Program-made: the position numbers and the translations under genes
The notes under the pieces: generated by a model
The model's database searches: none
What the model saw: only the letters and a program-made list of their open reading frames with translations
What the model was told of the DNA's origin: nothing
In this document: positions 1 to 11,045 of the stretch, in pieces
Layout of the letters: each line of letters begins with the position of its first letter
Numbering within the stretch: the first letter of the stretch is position 1
Origin: Fidelibacterota bacterium
GTDB lineage: Bacteria > Fidelibacterota > Marinisomatia > Marinisomatales > TCS55
Direction: 5' to 3'
NCBI GenBank assembly: GCA_046861385.1
Contig: JBHHTW010000002.1
Location: forward strand, 78,948-142,947
DNA length: 64,000 bases

Positions 1-2
1 GG

Positions 3-143
3 TTTCAGAAAAATGATCAATATGTTTTGGCAAACGATAGTGAAATTCTTTGGGTGTGCGGTCAGAGGATCAGTGAACGTATTAAAATAACTGAACACAC
101 AACTCAAATGGCGGAACTTTCATTTCATACCGTTGTAGCTTAA
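3..143 (+). CDS. tilS: tRNA(Ile)-lysidine synthase, C-terminal fragment (truncated by window edge)
   Basis: Hand translation of frame 3 gives FQKNDQYVLANDSEILWVCGQRISERIKITEHTTQMAELSFHTVVA*. The ILWVxG motif matches the TilS C-terminus, and tilS-hpt-ftsH is a conserved gene order. Confidence 0.8.
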   Translation, partial: FQKNDQYVLANDSEILWVCGQRISERIKITEHTTQMAELSFHTVVA

Positions 144-145
144 CC

Positions 146-676
146 ATGAAATTTCACAATTATAACTTAACTCCCGTAGTTGAGAAAGAGACGATTCAAA
201 AACGCATTTCAGAAATCGCAGCGGAAATTTCAGAGAAATTTAAAAATGAAGTCCCCATTCTTATTGGCATATTAAACGGGAGTTTTATTTTTATGGCCGA
301 TCTTATTCGTTCCCTGGATATTGACTGTGAAATGGATTTCATTAAACTGGCCAGTTATCATGGTGATAAATCGACAGGTACCGTTAGACTTCTAAAAGAT
401 ATATCTGCGGACATTACCGGAAGGCATGTCATCATCGTTGAGGATATTATTGATTCGGGCTTAACCATAAAATTCATTAAAGATCGAATGAGAGAAGCTG
501 GTCCAAAATCTCTGACTATAGTCACATTATTATTAAAACCTGAAGTGGCCGATCTTGATTTTCCTATTGAAATAGTAGGATTTGAAATTGCACCGGATTT
601 TGTTGTAGGATACGGGTTGGATTATGACCAGAAACTGCGCCATTTGCCGGCTATTTATCGATTAGAAAAGGAATAA
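146..676 (+). CDS. hpt: Hypoxanthine phosphoribosyltransferase
   Basis: PRPP-binding motif VIIVEDIIDSGLT; FVVGYGLDY. Confidence 0.96.
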   Translation: MKFHNYNLTPVVEKETIQKRISEIAAEISEKFKNEVPILIGILNGSFIFMADLIRSLDIDCEMDFIKLASYHGDKSTGTVRLLKDISADITGRHVIIVEDIIDSGLTIKFIKDRMREAGPKSLTIVTLLLKPEVADLDFPIEIVGFEIAPDFVVGYGLDYDQKLRHLPAIYRLEKE

Positions 677-677
677 G

Positions 678-2765
678 ATGTCATTGGAAAAAAATAAGTT
701 GAATTTGAAGGAGAAGAAAAACCAAAATCCAGCGAAACGCAAAAAGCCTGATCAGGGACAGACAAGAGATAAAAAAAACGAATTTGAATGGAAACGTGCA
801 GGAAAAACGTCAATGATTTGGCTGTTAATTTTGATGGCTGCCATATTTTTATCTGGAATCCTTACCTCGGGCGAACAGTCAGTCGAAATCCAATATTTTC
901 AATATCAGAAATTCCTAAAGGAACGTTTGATTTCCAACGCTGATATTATTGATAAAGTATTTTATGGAGAATTTTCTACTCCTCAGACTATTGAAACAAA
1001 AATGGGTACGGTTGAAAATGTCCAAAAGTTTTATGTTATTATTCCATTTATAGACAAAGATGTCATGACAGAATGGGACGCATTCGGCGTCAATTATAAT
1101 TTTAAAGCCAAATCAGTTGATTGGACAGGTTATTTTTTAAATATGCTCCCATGGATTTTACTCATCGGGATATGGATATTCTTTATTCGCCGAATGCAAG
1201 GTGGTGGCGGAGGTATGAAAAGTATTTTCAATTTTGGAAAAAGCAGAGCCAAAATTGGGACTTCTGATATGACAAAAGTCACTTTTGACGACGTAGCCGG
1301 ATGCATAGAAGCAAAAGAAGAATTGAAGGAAGTAATCGAATTTCTAAAAAAACCAAAACGGTTTCAAAAATTAGGAGCGAAAATACCGAAAGGGGCATTA
1401 TTGGTAGGACCACCGGGAACAGGGAAAACACTCCTGGCAAGAGCGGTTGCAGGTGAAGCGGATGTACCATTTTATAATTTAAGCGGTGCTGATTTCGTTG
1501 AAATGTTTGTAGGTGTGGGCGCTTCCCGCGTTCGGGATCTTTTTGATCAAGGAAAGAAAAATTCACCTTGCATTGTTTTTATAGATGAATTGGATGCTGT
1601 GGGACGCCAACGGGGTGCCGGTCTTGGTGGTGGTCATGATGAACGTGAACAAACCTTAAATCAGCTCTTGGTTGAAATGGACGGGTTTAATTCCGATCAA
1701 ATGGTTATTGTGCTGGCTGCAACAAACAGGCCCGATGTATTAGATCCTGCATTGTTAAGACCGGGAAGATTTGATCGTCAAATTGTCGTAGATGCTCCGG
1801 ATTTAAAAGGTCGCTTGGGTATACTAAAGGTGCATATCAAAAAAATTGTAATTAATAAACGTAAAGTGAATTTGGAAACCCTAGCCCGTGGGACTCCTGG
1901 ACTTGTGGGTGCGGATTTAGCCAATTTAGTGAACGAAGCTGCGCTGTTAGCCGCAAGAAAGAGAAAACAGTCCGTGGATATGGATGATTTTGAAGATGCA
2001 AAAGATAAAGTGCTAATGGGGATACAGCGGAAAAGTATGATCCTTTCCGACGAAGAAAAGAAAGTAACAGCGTACCATGAATCGGGACATACATTAGTGG
2101 CAACTCTGATCCCCGGGGCAGACCCCATGCATAAAGTAACTATTATTCCCCGTGGGCGGGCACTCGGTGTTACTGCTCAAATACCTATAGATGAGAAACA
2201 TAACTATTCTCGGGATTATATTGAAGGTCGTTTGGCCATTTTACTCGGAGGCAGGGCTGCTGAACAACTCATTTTCGACGAATTGACAACCGGCGCCGGG
2301 GATGACATTGAAAAAGCCACTGCCATTGCCAGGAAGATGGTTTGTGAATGGGGTATGAGTGATGCACTTGGACCTATGACATTTGGTAAGAAGAATGAAG
2401 AAGTATTTCTTGGAAGAGAGATTCAAACCCACCGCGATTTTAGTGAAGCAACCGCCAGGATGATTGATGAAGAAGTGGTTCGAATTATTCGAAAGGCTCA
2501 ACAAACAGCAGCAAGTTTATTGAAGAATAATTTGATCATTCTTGATACCATGGCTGAAGGTCTTCTGAAGTATGAAACACTGGATAGTAAAGACATCAGT
2601 AGAATTTTAGAAGGAAAAAAACTGATCCGTTCCAAGAATGGTAAACCACGCCGAAAACGGTCAAAACGACGAAAAATCAACCATCCAAAAAAATCAACCT
2701 CACCCAAAAGTCCAACAAAGGCAATAGATTCTCCTGCTTCTCAAAAGAGAATCCATAAACCATAA
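678..2765 (+). CDS. ftsH: ATP-dependent zinc metalloprotease FtsH
   Basis: Two TM segments, Walker A GPPGTGKT, Walker B FIDELD, SRH, HESGH zinc motif; Lys/Arg-rich tail. Confidence 0.98.
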   Translation: MSLEKNKLNLKEKKNQNPAKRKKPDQGQTRDKKNEFEWKRAGKTSMIWLLILMAAIFLSGILTSGEQSVEIQYFQYQKFLKERLISNADIIDKVFYGEFSTPQTIETKMGTVENVQKFYVIIPFIDKDVMTEWDAFGVNYNFKAKSVDWTGYFLNMLPWILLIGIWIFFIRRMQGGGGGMKSIFNFGKSRAKIGTSDMTKVTFDDVAGCIEAKEELKEVIEFLKKPKRFQKLGAKIPKGALLVGPPGTGKTLLARAVAGEADVPFYNLSGADFVEMFVGVGASRVRDLFDQGKKNSPCIVFIDELDAVGRQRGAGLGGGHDEREQTLNQLLVEMDGFNSDQMVIVLAATNRPDVLDPALLRPGRFDRQIVVDAPDLKGRLGILKVHIKKIVINKRKVNLETLARGTPGLVGADLANLVNEAALLAARKRKQSVDMDDFEDAKDKVLMGIQRKSMILSDEEKKVTAYHESGHTLVATLIPGADPMHKVTIIPRGRALGVTAQIPIDEKHNYSRDYIEGRLAILLGGRAAEQLIFDELTTGAGDDIEKATAIARKMVCEWGMSDALGPMTFGKKNEEVFLGREIQTHRDFSEATARMIDEEVVRIIRKAQQTAASLLKNNLIILDTMAEGLLKYETLDSKDISRILEGKKLIRSKNGKPRRKRSKRRKINHPKKSTSPKSPTKAIDSPASQKRIHKP

Positions 2766-2846
2766 TGTGCTAAAAAAGCTCTCGCAAAAGACTCAATCTA
2801 TCCAACATATCAAGTCTCCTCGGATGGCAGGAGATGAAATAAACTA

Positions 2847-3686
2847 ATGGCTCTTCCGTCTAATTGGAAGAAATTGCATATTCAAAATTCTCCTACATTT
2901 ATTATGGGTATATTAAATGTTACACCAGACTCCTTTAGTGACGGCGGGCGATATTTTAATTTGGAGTCAGCTGTTGAGCACACATTAAAAATGGTGGCTG
3001 ATGGAGCTGATATTATTGATATTGGTGGAGAATCCACTCGGCCGGGAGCCGATCCGGTATCACTGGAGGAGGAACTCAATAGGGTCGTTCCAGTGATAGA
3101 ATCCATTCGATCACATTCCGACATTTGTATTTCAATAGATTCATATAAGGCAACGGTCGCTGACAGAGCGGTTGCAGCGGGTGCCGATATCATTAATGAT
3201 ATCAGCGGGTTACAGTTTGATCATCGTATGATAGAGATTGCATGTGAATCTGATGTTCCCGTAGTTATTATGCACATGAAGGGGAATCCACGGAATATGC
3301 AAAAGAATCCATTTTATAAGGACTTAATGCAAGAAATGGTTGCATTTTTTCAGGAACGTGTGAAGTTTTGTAGACGAAATGGGATAAAAAATGAAAATAT
3401 CATACTCGACCCGGGAATTGGCTTTGGAAAAAGAGTTCAGGATAATTACGAATTGTTAAGAGAACTTCACCAATTAAAAAACCTTGGATTCCCAATATTA
3501 ACGGGACCTTCCCGAAAATCATTTATTGGAACAACATTAAGTTCATCAGTCGAAAATCGGTTTGAAGGGACCGTGGCCGCTGTAACTGCATCCATATTAA
3601 ACGGAGCAAAAATAGTACGCGTACACGATGTAAAAGAAATGAAACAAGCCGTAGTAATTGCAGATGAAATTCGAGGGATTGCATAA
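2847..3686 (+). CDS. folP: Dihydropteroate synthase
   Basis: MGILNVTPDSFSDGG, IDIGGESTRPG, DPGIGFGK, SRKSF, RVHDV. Confidence 0.97.
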   Translation: MALPSNWKKLHIQNSPTFIMGILNVTPDSFSDGGRYFNLESAVEHTLKMVADGADIIDIGGESTRPGADPVSLEEELNRVVPVIESIRSHSDICISIDSYKATVADRAVAAGADIINDISGLQFDHRMIEIACESDVPVVIMHMKGNPRNMQKNPFYKDLMQEMVAFFQERVKFCRRNGIKNENIILDPGIGFGKRVQDNYELLRELHQLKNLGFPILTGPSRKSFIGTTLSSSVENRFEGTVAAVTASILNGAKIVRVHDVKEMKQAVVIADEIRGIA

Positions 3687-4462
3687 TGGAATTATTTAAA
3701 ATTGGTTTTTTAACTGTATCCCTCATTGATATAATAGATTTAGCGCTGGTGAGCTGGTTATTTTATAGAATTTATCAGTATTTTAAGGAAACCAGGGCGG
3801 GACAGATGCTTGTGGGACTTATTATTTTGTTGATCGCATCCTTTATTTTTAATGCGATTGGTTTTAGTGCATCATCATGGCTGGTGAATCAATTCCAAAC
3901 GGTTTGGGTAGTGGCGTTTGTTATTTTGTTTCAACCTGAATTACGCAGAATGCTTATTTACATAGGACAAACACGATTATTCCAAACCATTTTCCGCATG
4001 GGTACGTCAAAATCTATTGAAGAATTGGTGGATGCTATCAATAACCTCATAGAAAACAAGTGGGGGGCTTTGATTGTTATCCAGAGAGAAACCGGTTTAC
4101 GAATTTATAAAGAAGCCGGTACGCAGTTAAAAGCAGAAGTTTCGTCCGCATTAATTCAATCAATTTTTAATCCAAAGTCGCCTCTTCATGACGGGGCAAT
4201 CATTATCCAAAATGAAATAATAGAATCTGCAGCAAGTATTTTACCTCTAACTGAAAGCAGTATGGTTGACCCGGCCATGGGAACACGTCATCGGGCTGCT
4301 CTTGGAATCACGGAAGAATCGGATGCAATCGCCATTGTCGTTTCCGAGGAAAAACAACGCATATCTGTCGCGGAAAACGGTCGGTTTATGAATATTGGAA
4401 TGGATGAAATGGAATTACGTCGTTTTCTCAATGAACAGCTTTTTATGTCTTCAGGGGATTAA
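3686..4462 (+). CDS. cdaA: Diadenylate cyclase (CdaA/DacA type, three N-terminal TM helices)
   Basis: DAC motifs SPLHDGA and GTRHRAA; FQPELRR; starts in a TAATG overlap with folP. Confidence 0.93.
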   Translation: MELFKIGFLTVSLIDIIDLALVSWLFYRIYQYFKETRAGQMLVGLIILLIASFIFNAIGFSASSWLVNQFQTVWVVAFVILFQPELRRMLIYIGQTRLFQTIFRMGTSKSIEELVDAINNLIENKWGALIVIQRETGLRIYKEAGTQLKAEVSSALIQSIFNPKSPLHDGAIIIQNEIIESAASILPLTESSMVDPAMGTRHRAALGITEESDAIAIVVSEEKQRISVAENGRFMNIGMDEMELRRFLNEQLFMSSGD

Positions 4463-5223
4463 TGCAGGAAATTACCGGTGAAATTTGGGCATACGCCCTG
4501 GGGAGTGTTTTAATTGTAAGCCTTATTTCATTAGTGGGAATTGTAACATTGACCTTCTCTCGTGTATTTTTAAATAAAATTCTACTTTTTCTTGTAAGCT
4601 TTGCAGTTGGGAGTTTATTGGGTGGTGCTTTTATTCATTTGATTCCGGAAGCATTTGATTCTGACCTGGATACTTTAGTTGTTTCCGGGGCGGTGTTATC
4701 CGGAATTGTTCTCTTTTTTGTCTTAGAAAAATTTCTTCGCTGGAGGCATTGTCATCATGAAACCACGGAGAATCACGTTCATCCAGTGGTCCCAATGAAT
4801 ATTTTCGGCGATGCAATGCATAATTTTATTGACGGTATCCTTATTGGTATTTCCTACGCTGTCAGTATTCCAATTGGCTTGGCCACTACCGTGGCTGTAT
4901 TGCTTCATGAAATTCCTCAGGAAATTGGAGATTTTGGAATTCTGGTTCATGGCGGATTGACAGTTCGGAAAGCATTATTTTTTAATTATGCTTCTGCTCT
5001 CACTTCATTTTTAGGGGTTGTAATTGCATTAATGTTAGGTTCTTCAATGGAAAATTTCGCCCTGTTCTTATTGCCCCTTACAGCCGGAGGTTTTATTTAT
5101 ATTGCCGGATCAGACTTGATTCCAGAACTCCATGATAATACGGATATTTCCATATCCATTTTACAGTTGATCGCCTTACTTGGAGGAATTGGTGTTATGT
5201 TTGGATTAACGGCTATTTTTTAA
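4462..5223 (+). CDS. ZIP family divalent metal transporter
   Basis: HNFIDG and HEIPQEIGD motifs, His-rich loop HCHHETTENHVH, multiple TM segments. Confidence 0.92.
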   Translation: MQEITGEIWAYALGSVLIVSLISLVGIVTLTFSRVFLNKILLFLVSFAVGSLLGGAFIHLIPEAFDSDLDTLVVSGAVLSGIVLFFVLEKFLRWRHCHHETTENHVHPVVPMNIFGDAMHNFIDGILIGISYAVSIPIGLATTVAVLLHEIPQEIGDFGILVHGGLTVRKALFFNYASALTSFLGVVIALMLGSSMENFALFLLPLTAGGFIYIAGSDLIPELHDNTDISISILQLIALLGGIGVMFGLTAIF

Positions 5224-5259
5224 ACATCTTTCATATTTAATAAAATTTTAAATTCAATT

Positions 5260-6355
5260 ATGGAATTACTGGACTTAAAAAACAACTACTCATCTGCGGA
5301 AACCAAGCATCACGAACTCCGGAGGCATCTTTGACCTCGAGTCAAAGAAAATTGAATTAGAAAAACTCCGCCTGAAGTCCGGCGCACCGGATTTTTGGAA
5401 TGACAACAATGCCGCCCAGGCAATCCTGAAAAAAATATCCCTATTAGAAAAAGAACTCACCCTGTGGACAGATTTGGAAACGCGCCACGGTGATGTGGAG
5501 GTATTATTGGAGTTTGCTGAAAGCGGTGATGCAGAATTGGAGGAGGTAGCTGAAGAACTTCAATCTTATGCAAAAATCATAGAAGAAGTTGAATTAAAAA
5601 TGATCTTGGGTGATGACCAGGATACGCTTGACGCTATTGTGACCATCCACCCGGGAGCAGGCGGCACAGAAAGCCAGGACTGGGCAGAAATGCTTTATCG
5701 GATGTATAGCCGTTGGGTGGAGAAAAAAGATTTTAAAAAAGAAATGATGGATTACCAGCCGGGAGATGAAGCAGGACTGAAGGATGTAACTTTTGAGGTA
5801 AAAGGAGATTATGCTTTCGGCTTATTGAAAGCAGAAGCAGGTATTCATCGTTTGGTTCGTATTTCACCTTTCGATTCCAATAGCCGCCGCCATACGTCTT
5901 TTGCATCTGTATTTGTTTACCCCAGCAGTGATGAAGAGATCGAAATTGAAATTGATCCTAGCGATCTGCGGATTGATACCTATCGAGCCAGTGGTGCAGG
6001 CGGACAGCATGTAAATAAGACTGATTCAGCCATCCGTATTACCTATATTCCTACGGGTATAGTGGCTCAATGCCAAAATGAACGTTCGCAACATAAAAAT
6101 AAGGCTACAGCCCTGAAAGTGTTAAAAGCGCGACTATACCAATTGGAAGTTGATAAACAAAAAGAAGACGCACAGGAATTGGAGGATACCAAAATGGATA
6201 TTGGTTGGGGGAGTCAGATTCGGTCCTACGTATTTCATCCATATAATATGGTGAAGGATCATCGTACTAAAGAGGAAACTGGGAATATTTCAGCTGTAAT
6301 GGACGGGGATTTGGACAAATTTATACGAGCGTATTTGATCAGCCGGTTGAAATAG
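5260..6355 (+). CDS. prfB: Peptide chain release factor 2, translated through a programmed +1 frameshift
   Basis: ATG 5260 reads MELLDLKNNYSSAETKHHELRRHL to CTT-TGA-C (5329-5335). The +1 frame (DLESKKIELE...FWND) is continuous with the 5474-6355 ORF, which has the SPF and GGQ motifs. Confidence 0.97.
5320..5335 (+). promoter_or_regulatory. RF2 autoregulatory +1 frameshift site
   Basis: Internal SD cGGAGG, 3-nt spacer CAT, then CTT TGA C: the canonical prfB geometry. Confidence 0.95.
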
Positions 6356-6449
6356 TAAAGTCCGGATTTGACTTTTTCCGAAATGGTAATAAATTATTAA
6401 AAGTAAGCATGAGAATTAGCTTTTATCACAAATTTAATATGAGTTAAAC

Positions 6450-6479
6450 AGTAGCCCCGATATGAGTGTCGGGACTATT
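6450..6479. repeat. Hairpin (REP-like or terminator) downstream of prfB
   Basis: agtagccccgata-tgag-tgtcgggactatt imperfect stem-loop. Confidence 0.45.
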
Positions 6480-6773
6480 AAATTATTACATCTTTTTAGT
6501 GTTTACCGTTTCTGGTGATATTGGTTAAAATAATTTCATTTCGATGGGATTCACCGGCAGTACTGATAATCACACCGATTCGTCTACTATCGGAGTTAAT
6601 CGCCAATCATCAGCCCAAAAATTAAACAAGGAAGGGGTAACTTGATTGTAACTTCAATATATGGAGGTTGCCTGACTCCGAAGGAGTAGTATGAACTTTA
6701 CTCAATATAGTACATTTAGACGTATGTTGGGGTAACTGAAATAGTCTTAATATATTCTAATGCCTTTTAAAAA

Positions 6774-6824
6774 GTACTGCAGACATTCTTGTCTGCAGTA
6801 TGACAGACAAGAATATCTGTCATA
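6774..6824. repeat. REP-like double palindrome, family A copy 1
   Basis: gtactgcagacattcttgtctgcagta + tgacagacaagaatatctgtcata; related copies at 43542, 43665 and 46950. Confidence 0.8.
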
Positions 6825-6913
6825 TATCCACAACAAACTTAAACTGATAATTTTTTTCAGGTATGGTTTTATTCCACGAAATTTCCATCCACATCGAGCA
6901 AAAGTCGTTCGCC

Positions 6914-6974
6914 TTGACAAGGTGGGATGAAATGTATTTTGAATTAACTAAAACCGTTTTTCCCACCTTGTCAA
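6914..6974. repeat. 14-bp perfect inverted repeat just downstream of the M16 peptidase stop
   Basis: ttgacaaggtggga (6914-6927) / tcccaccttgtcaa (6961-6974), 33-nt loop. Confidence 0.7.
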
Positions 6975-6984
6975 AGTCAATTTC

Positions 6985-9801
6985 TTATTCCACAGGATTT
7001 CCGTCAGGGTCGAGTAAAATTGGATCTCCAAATCCAAGGGATTTCATCCCTTCAAGCTGTGTGGCTGCATCCCCAACAACCAAATATATCATTTCATCCG
7101 GACGGATCCATTTCTGTGCCAGTTCATTATGACTCTCAATGGTCATTTGACGGATAATATTTTCCTGATCGTTTATGTAATCAAACGGCAAATTGTAAGT
7201 TGCAATATTATCAATCATTCCCCGCAGAGCCCCTAATGTTTCAAATCTTCGGGCATTGGATTTTAGCAGAACATTTTTAGTGAATTCCAAATCCTCTGAT
7301 GATATTGGATCCCGATAAGCGGTCATCAGCTCTTTAAATATATTGATTGATTCCTCTGTGGTATTTGATTGCACACCAGAAGAAGCAGTGAATTTCCCTA
7401 GGAATTTTGTTCCGGTAAAACGTGTGCGGGCACCATAAGTAAATCCTTTCTCTTCCCGAAGAACCAAATTCACATTTCCGCTGAAATTCCCTCCCAATTT
7501 CATATTCATCACCGTTGCTGGGAAAAAGTCCGGATCGGTGCGCGCCAATCCCAGATATCCGATTCTAATTTCTGATTGCTTTGCGTTGGGAACATCTACA
7601 AAATATACTTTTGGATCGGATTCAGGTTGTGGCAATTCATATTTAGGAAATGTTACTTTTTTTATCTCCCACTTGTTTACCAAGCCACGAAATGCTTTCA
7701 AAGCCTGGCTACGACTTATATCGCCGACAATAGTAATGGTAGCTAAGTCAGCGGAAAAATTCTTTGCATAATAGTTTTTAAGGTCATCCAGCTTGATTAA
7801 ATCTAATGCTTCTACCGTCCCAACTGTTTCATTGGCAAGGATATGATTCTTATATAGTAGCTTATTAAAGACCTTAGATGCGATGGCAGATGGCACGGAT
7901 GCCCGTCGTTTGATGGCTTCCGCTGTTTCTCTTTTAACACGATCAAATTCTGTTTCATCCCAACGGGGTTCGAATAATATTTCTTCAACCAGTGCCAGCG
8001 TCGCTTCAAAATTTCGTTTCAAGGTTGTTACTTCCACGCCGATGGTTTCCTTTCCGGTATACATCGTGATGGAAGACCCCAGCGCATCAATAGCTTCTTC
8101 AAGTTCGATAGGTGTTCTATTTGCTGTACCTTGCATCATCAAATCGGAAATAAGATTTGCTACTCCCACTTTTTCCTGGTCATCCAAAAGTATTCCCCCT
8201 TCAATTTGAATACCGAAATTGATTAATGGGAGTTCGTCGTGCTTGGTGCCATAAATAGAAACGCCATTTTTATAAGCATAATGCCATATTCTTGGGAGAT
8301 GTAGCCGTGGTTGCGGACCATCAACCGGTTCCACAGATCGATCAAACAAAGAAGGAATATTTTCTATATCTATACTGTTCACTATCGTTTCTTTTGCGCT
8401 TTTTTCAACGATTTTTTCTTCCTGAACTGGAAAGAAAACGGAACCGTCTGCCGCCAGATCCACTTTGCCTTTTGGAACGAAACTGGTCATAACATAATTC
8501 TGGCCTTTTATATATTTTTTGTACACCCGTTTAATGTCATCCATATTGACATCGAGTACTTTCTGCAATTCTTCTGCAATAGCATCCGGCGAGCCATAAT
8601 ATTCATTATATTGTGCCAGTTGAAATCCTTTACTTAAAACAGAAGAAATGCCCCGATAGAAGCCGGTTTCATATTTGGCTTTCAACCTCTCAAGATCTTC
8701 ATCTGTGAAACCATCAATTTCAAAACGGGAAAATGATTCATGAATAGCCGATTCTACTTCTGTTAAATTGGAAGTTGGAAATGCATTAACGACTATTTTG
8801 AATGTCCCGGCTATTTCCTGTGCTCCATTGTATGAGTAAAGTGTGGGAGCCAGTTTTTTTTCCTCGACGATTACTTTGTACAATGGCGCTTTTTTTCCAT
8901 CACCTAAAAGCTGTCCAAATAATTCAAGGGCAGCCGCATCGGGATGCCTTTGGTCTACTGTGGGAAACACCATGGTTAACCGAGGGGAACTGGCAAAATT
9001 ATCTTCGTAATATAGTTTTTTTGTTTCATTAAGCTGTACAGGTATGGGTTTAGGATCTTCAAAAACAGGGCCGGATTTAATTTCTCCAAAATATTTTTCG
9101 ACGAATTTTTTAACTTGCCTTTTATTAATATCACCGGCAATCACCATCGTGGCATTATTGGGTCCATACCATTTTTCGTAGAAATCACGAACATCTTTTA
9201 ATGTTGCGTTTTGCAAATCTTCTAATTCTCCGATTACTGTCCAATTGTATGGATGTCCCTCAGGGTAAAGGTTTTTAATAATAATATAATTATTATAACC
9301 ATAGGGACGGTTATCTACCCGTTGGCGTTTTTCATTTTGAACCACTTCCTGCTGGTTCTCAAAAGAAGATTGCGTCACAGTAGAAAGGAGCCATCCCATG
9401 CGGTCAGATTCCATCCAGAGGACTGTTTCTAATGCATTTTTGGGTACGATCTCGTAGTAAACGGTTCCGTCTTCCCATGTACCGCCATTTAACGTGCCGC
9501 CGACATTTTGAATCTTTTTGAAAAACTGATCTTGACCGACGTGCTGGGATTCCTGGAAAAGCATATGTTCAAACAGATGGGCAAATCCGGTTCTTCCGGG
9601 AATTTCGCGATTGGAACCAACGTGGTATTGAATGGCGACTCCAACGATTGGATCTGATTTATCCTCGTGTAAAATGACGGTTAATCCATTATCCAATAAG
9701 TATTTTTCATAATCAATTGTAAATGGTGTAATGGCATTGATTATGCAATTATTTAAAAGAAGAGTTATAAAAATGTTGAAAATCATTGATTTTTTAAACA
9801 T
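6985..9801 (-). CDS. M16 family (pitrilysin/PqqL-like) zinc peptidase, secreted
   Basis: Inverzincin HxxEH motif GFAHLFEHMLF, two-lobed duplicated architecture with inactive C-terminal half, N-terminal signal peptide. Confidence 0.93.
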   Translation of the reverse strand: MFKKSMIFNIFITLLLNNCIINAITPFTIDYEKYLLDNGLTVILHEDKSDPIVGVAIQYHVGSNREIPGRTGFAHLFEHMLFQESQHVGQDQFFKKIQNVGGTLNGGTWEDGTVYYEIVPKNALETVLWMESDRMGWLLSTVTQSSFENQQEVVQNEKRQRVDNRPYGYNNYIIIKNLYPEGHPYNWTVIGELEDLQNATLKDVRDFYEKWYGPNNATMVIAGDINKRQVKKFVEKYFGEIKSGPVFEDPKPIPVQLNETKKLYYEDNFASSPRLTMVFPTVDQRHPDAAALELFGQLLGDGKKAPLYKVIVEEKKLAPTLYSYNGAQEIAGTFKIVVNAFPTSNLTEVESAIHESFSRFEIDGFTDEDLERLKAKYETGFYRGISSVLSKGFQLAQYNEYYGSPDAIAEELQKVLDVNMDDIKRVYKKYIKGQNYVMTSFVPKGKVDLAADGSVFFPVQEEKIVEKSAKETIVNSIDIENIPSLFDRSVEPVDGPQPRLHLPRIWHYAYKNGVSIYGTKHDELPLINFGIQIEGGILLDDQEKVGVANLISDLMMQGTANRTPIELEEAIDALGSSITMYTGKETIGVEVTTLKRNFEATLALVEEILFEPRWDETEFDRVKRETAEAIKRRASVPSAIASKVFNKLLYKNHILANETVGTVEALDLIKLDDLKNYYAKNFSADLATITIVGDISRSQALKAFRGLVNKWEIKKVTFPKYELPQPESDPKVYFVDVPNAKQSEIRIGYLGLARTDPDFFPATVMNMKLGGNFSGNVNLVLREEKGFTYGARTRFTGTKFLGKFTASSGVQSNTTEESINIFKELMTAYRDPISSEDLEFTKNVLLKSNARRFETLGALRGMIDNIATYNLPFDYINDQENIIRQMTIESHNELAQKWIRPDEMIYLVVGDAATQLEGMKSLGFGDPILLDPDGNPVE

Positions 9802-10151
9802 GGAATTCTCCTTTTAGAAGGCTGTGTAAAACCCTGTACGTAAAGAAAAGAGAATTAAAATTTGGCAGGAACGAAAAGCAGACGAAATTTAAACTTTTAA
9901 ATTTGTGTATCGGGTTTTGCAAAGCCTTCTATTACCAAAATGAATTGTAGTTGATACAATAAACAAAATATCTGATTATTACATATCGGCAAAAATTACG
10001 TAAAATGATTGTTTTATTATATGGATATTATATTTTACTGAGTTGATGAACTAATAAACCAAAATTGGGTTGCATAATGATGGAAAAAGAAATCTTTGCG
10101 GCAGGTATAAATAATATGCTACTTTTAGTACGTTAAGGTGATCCTGTTTAA

Positions 10152-10826
10152 ATGAGTAGACGTTTCATGAAATATTTATTTCGCATTTTACCTGTTTTTT
10201 GTACGCTTATGGTGGCGGTCTTCTTGTTTAATGCCTGTGATGATAACAATACAGATGATATACCTGACGAATTACAAAAAGGGGAAGGGTTGATACCTGC
10301 TGTCATTGGCAACAGATGGATTTACTCAGATTCTCTTTGGATCGCCGATTCCTTGTGGCATGCAAATTTTGATACGGTTGAAATAATTGATACCCTAATG
10401 AGGGGCGATCAGATCTGGTGGCAAACAAAAAGTTATATACCTGATTTATATAATGATGACCCTTATCATAATCCAAACCAAGATGCTGGAGAATTCTACA
10501 TCCGTAACGACAGTATTTTTGGAGTTACTTATAATTGGGGAAATCGCGAAACCGTATTACGTTTCATCCCGCCTCCTGATACATCCACCAGTTATTATGT
10601 CTGGTATGAAGATACTGGATGGATAAGAACGGCGGTCATGCAGCCGGAGTCAATTACTGTTCCGGCCGGAACATTTGACAGTTGCGGTGTATATACTGAT
10701 ATTACTATTGAATCCGATATAATACATGTCATTGCCCCAGGTGTGGGAGTTCTTCAGCGTTCTGTAATAGGTTCAAGTTTAAGATGGATAATTACTTTAA
10801 TTGGTTATGAATTAGTTCTTGACTGA
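10152..10826 (+). CDS. Hypothetical lipoprotein
   Basis: Lipobox FNAC after hydrophobic signal; IGNRWIY and ITVPAGTF motifs, APGVGV near the C-terminus; true start may be the second Met. Confidence 0.7.
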   Translation: MSRRFMKYLFRILPVFCTLMVAVFLFNACDDNNTDDIPDELQKGEGLIPAVIGNRWIYSDSLWIADSLWHANFDTVEIIDTLMRGDQIWWQTKSYIPDLYNDDPYHNPNQDAGEFYIRNDSIFGVTYNWGNRETVLRFIPPPDTSTSYYVWYEDTGWIRTAVMQPESITVPAGTFDSCGVYTDITIESDIIHVIAPGVGVLQRSVIGSSLRWIITLIGYELVLD

Positions 10827-10848
10827 AATATTCTAAAACGGATTAAAT

Positions 10849-10878
10849 CCTTTCAAAGGTTTGTGAACCTTTGAAAGG
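10849..10878. repeat. REP-like palindrome / possible terminator
   Basis: cctttcaaaggtt-tgtg-aacctttgaaagg perfect 13-bp stem; second small palindrome gaagtcgggtgacttc near 10899. Confidence 0.6.
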
Positions 10879-11045
10879 TTACCGGCAAGTTATCTCATGA
10901 AGTCGGGTGACTTCTCTCAATCAATAAATGATTTTTGTATAAAATATAACATTTGAAAAGTCAGTGATGGTATTTATCAAAAGAATCATTTAAGCACTAC
11001 CCCCACTATATTTAAATTAACAGCTTTCAAACTAAAAGAATATTC

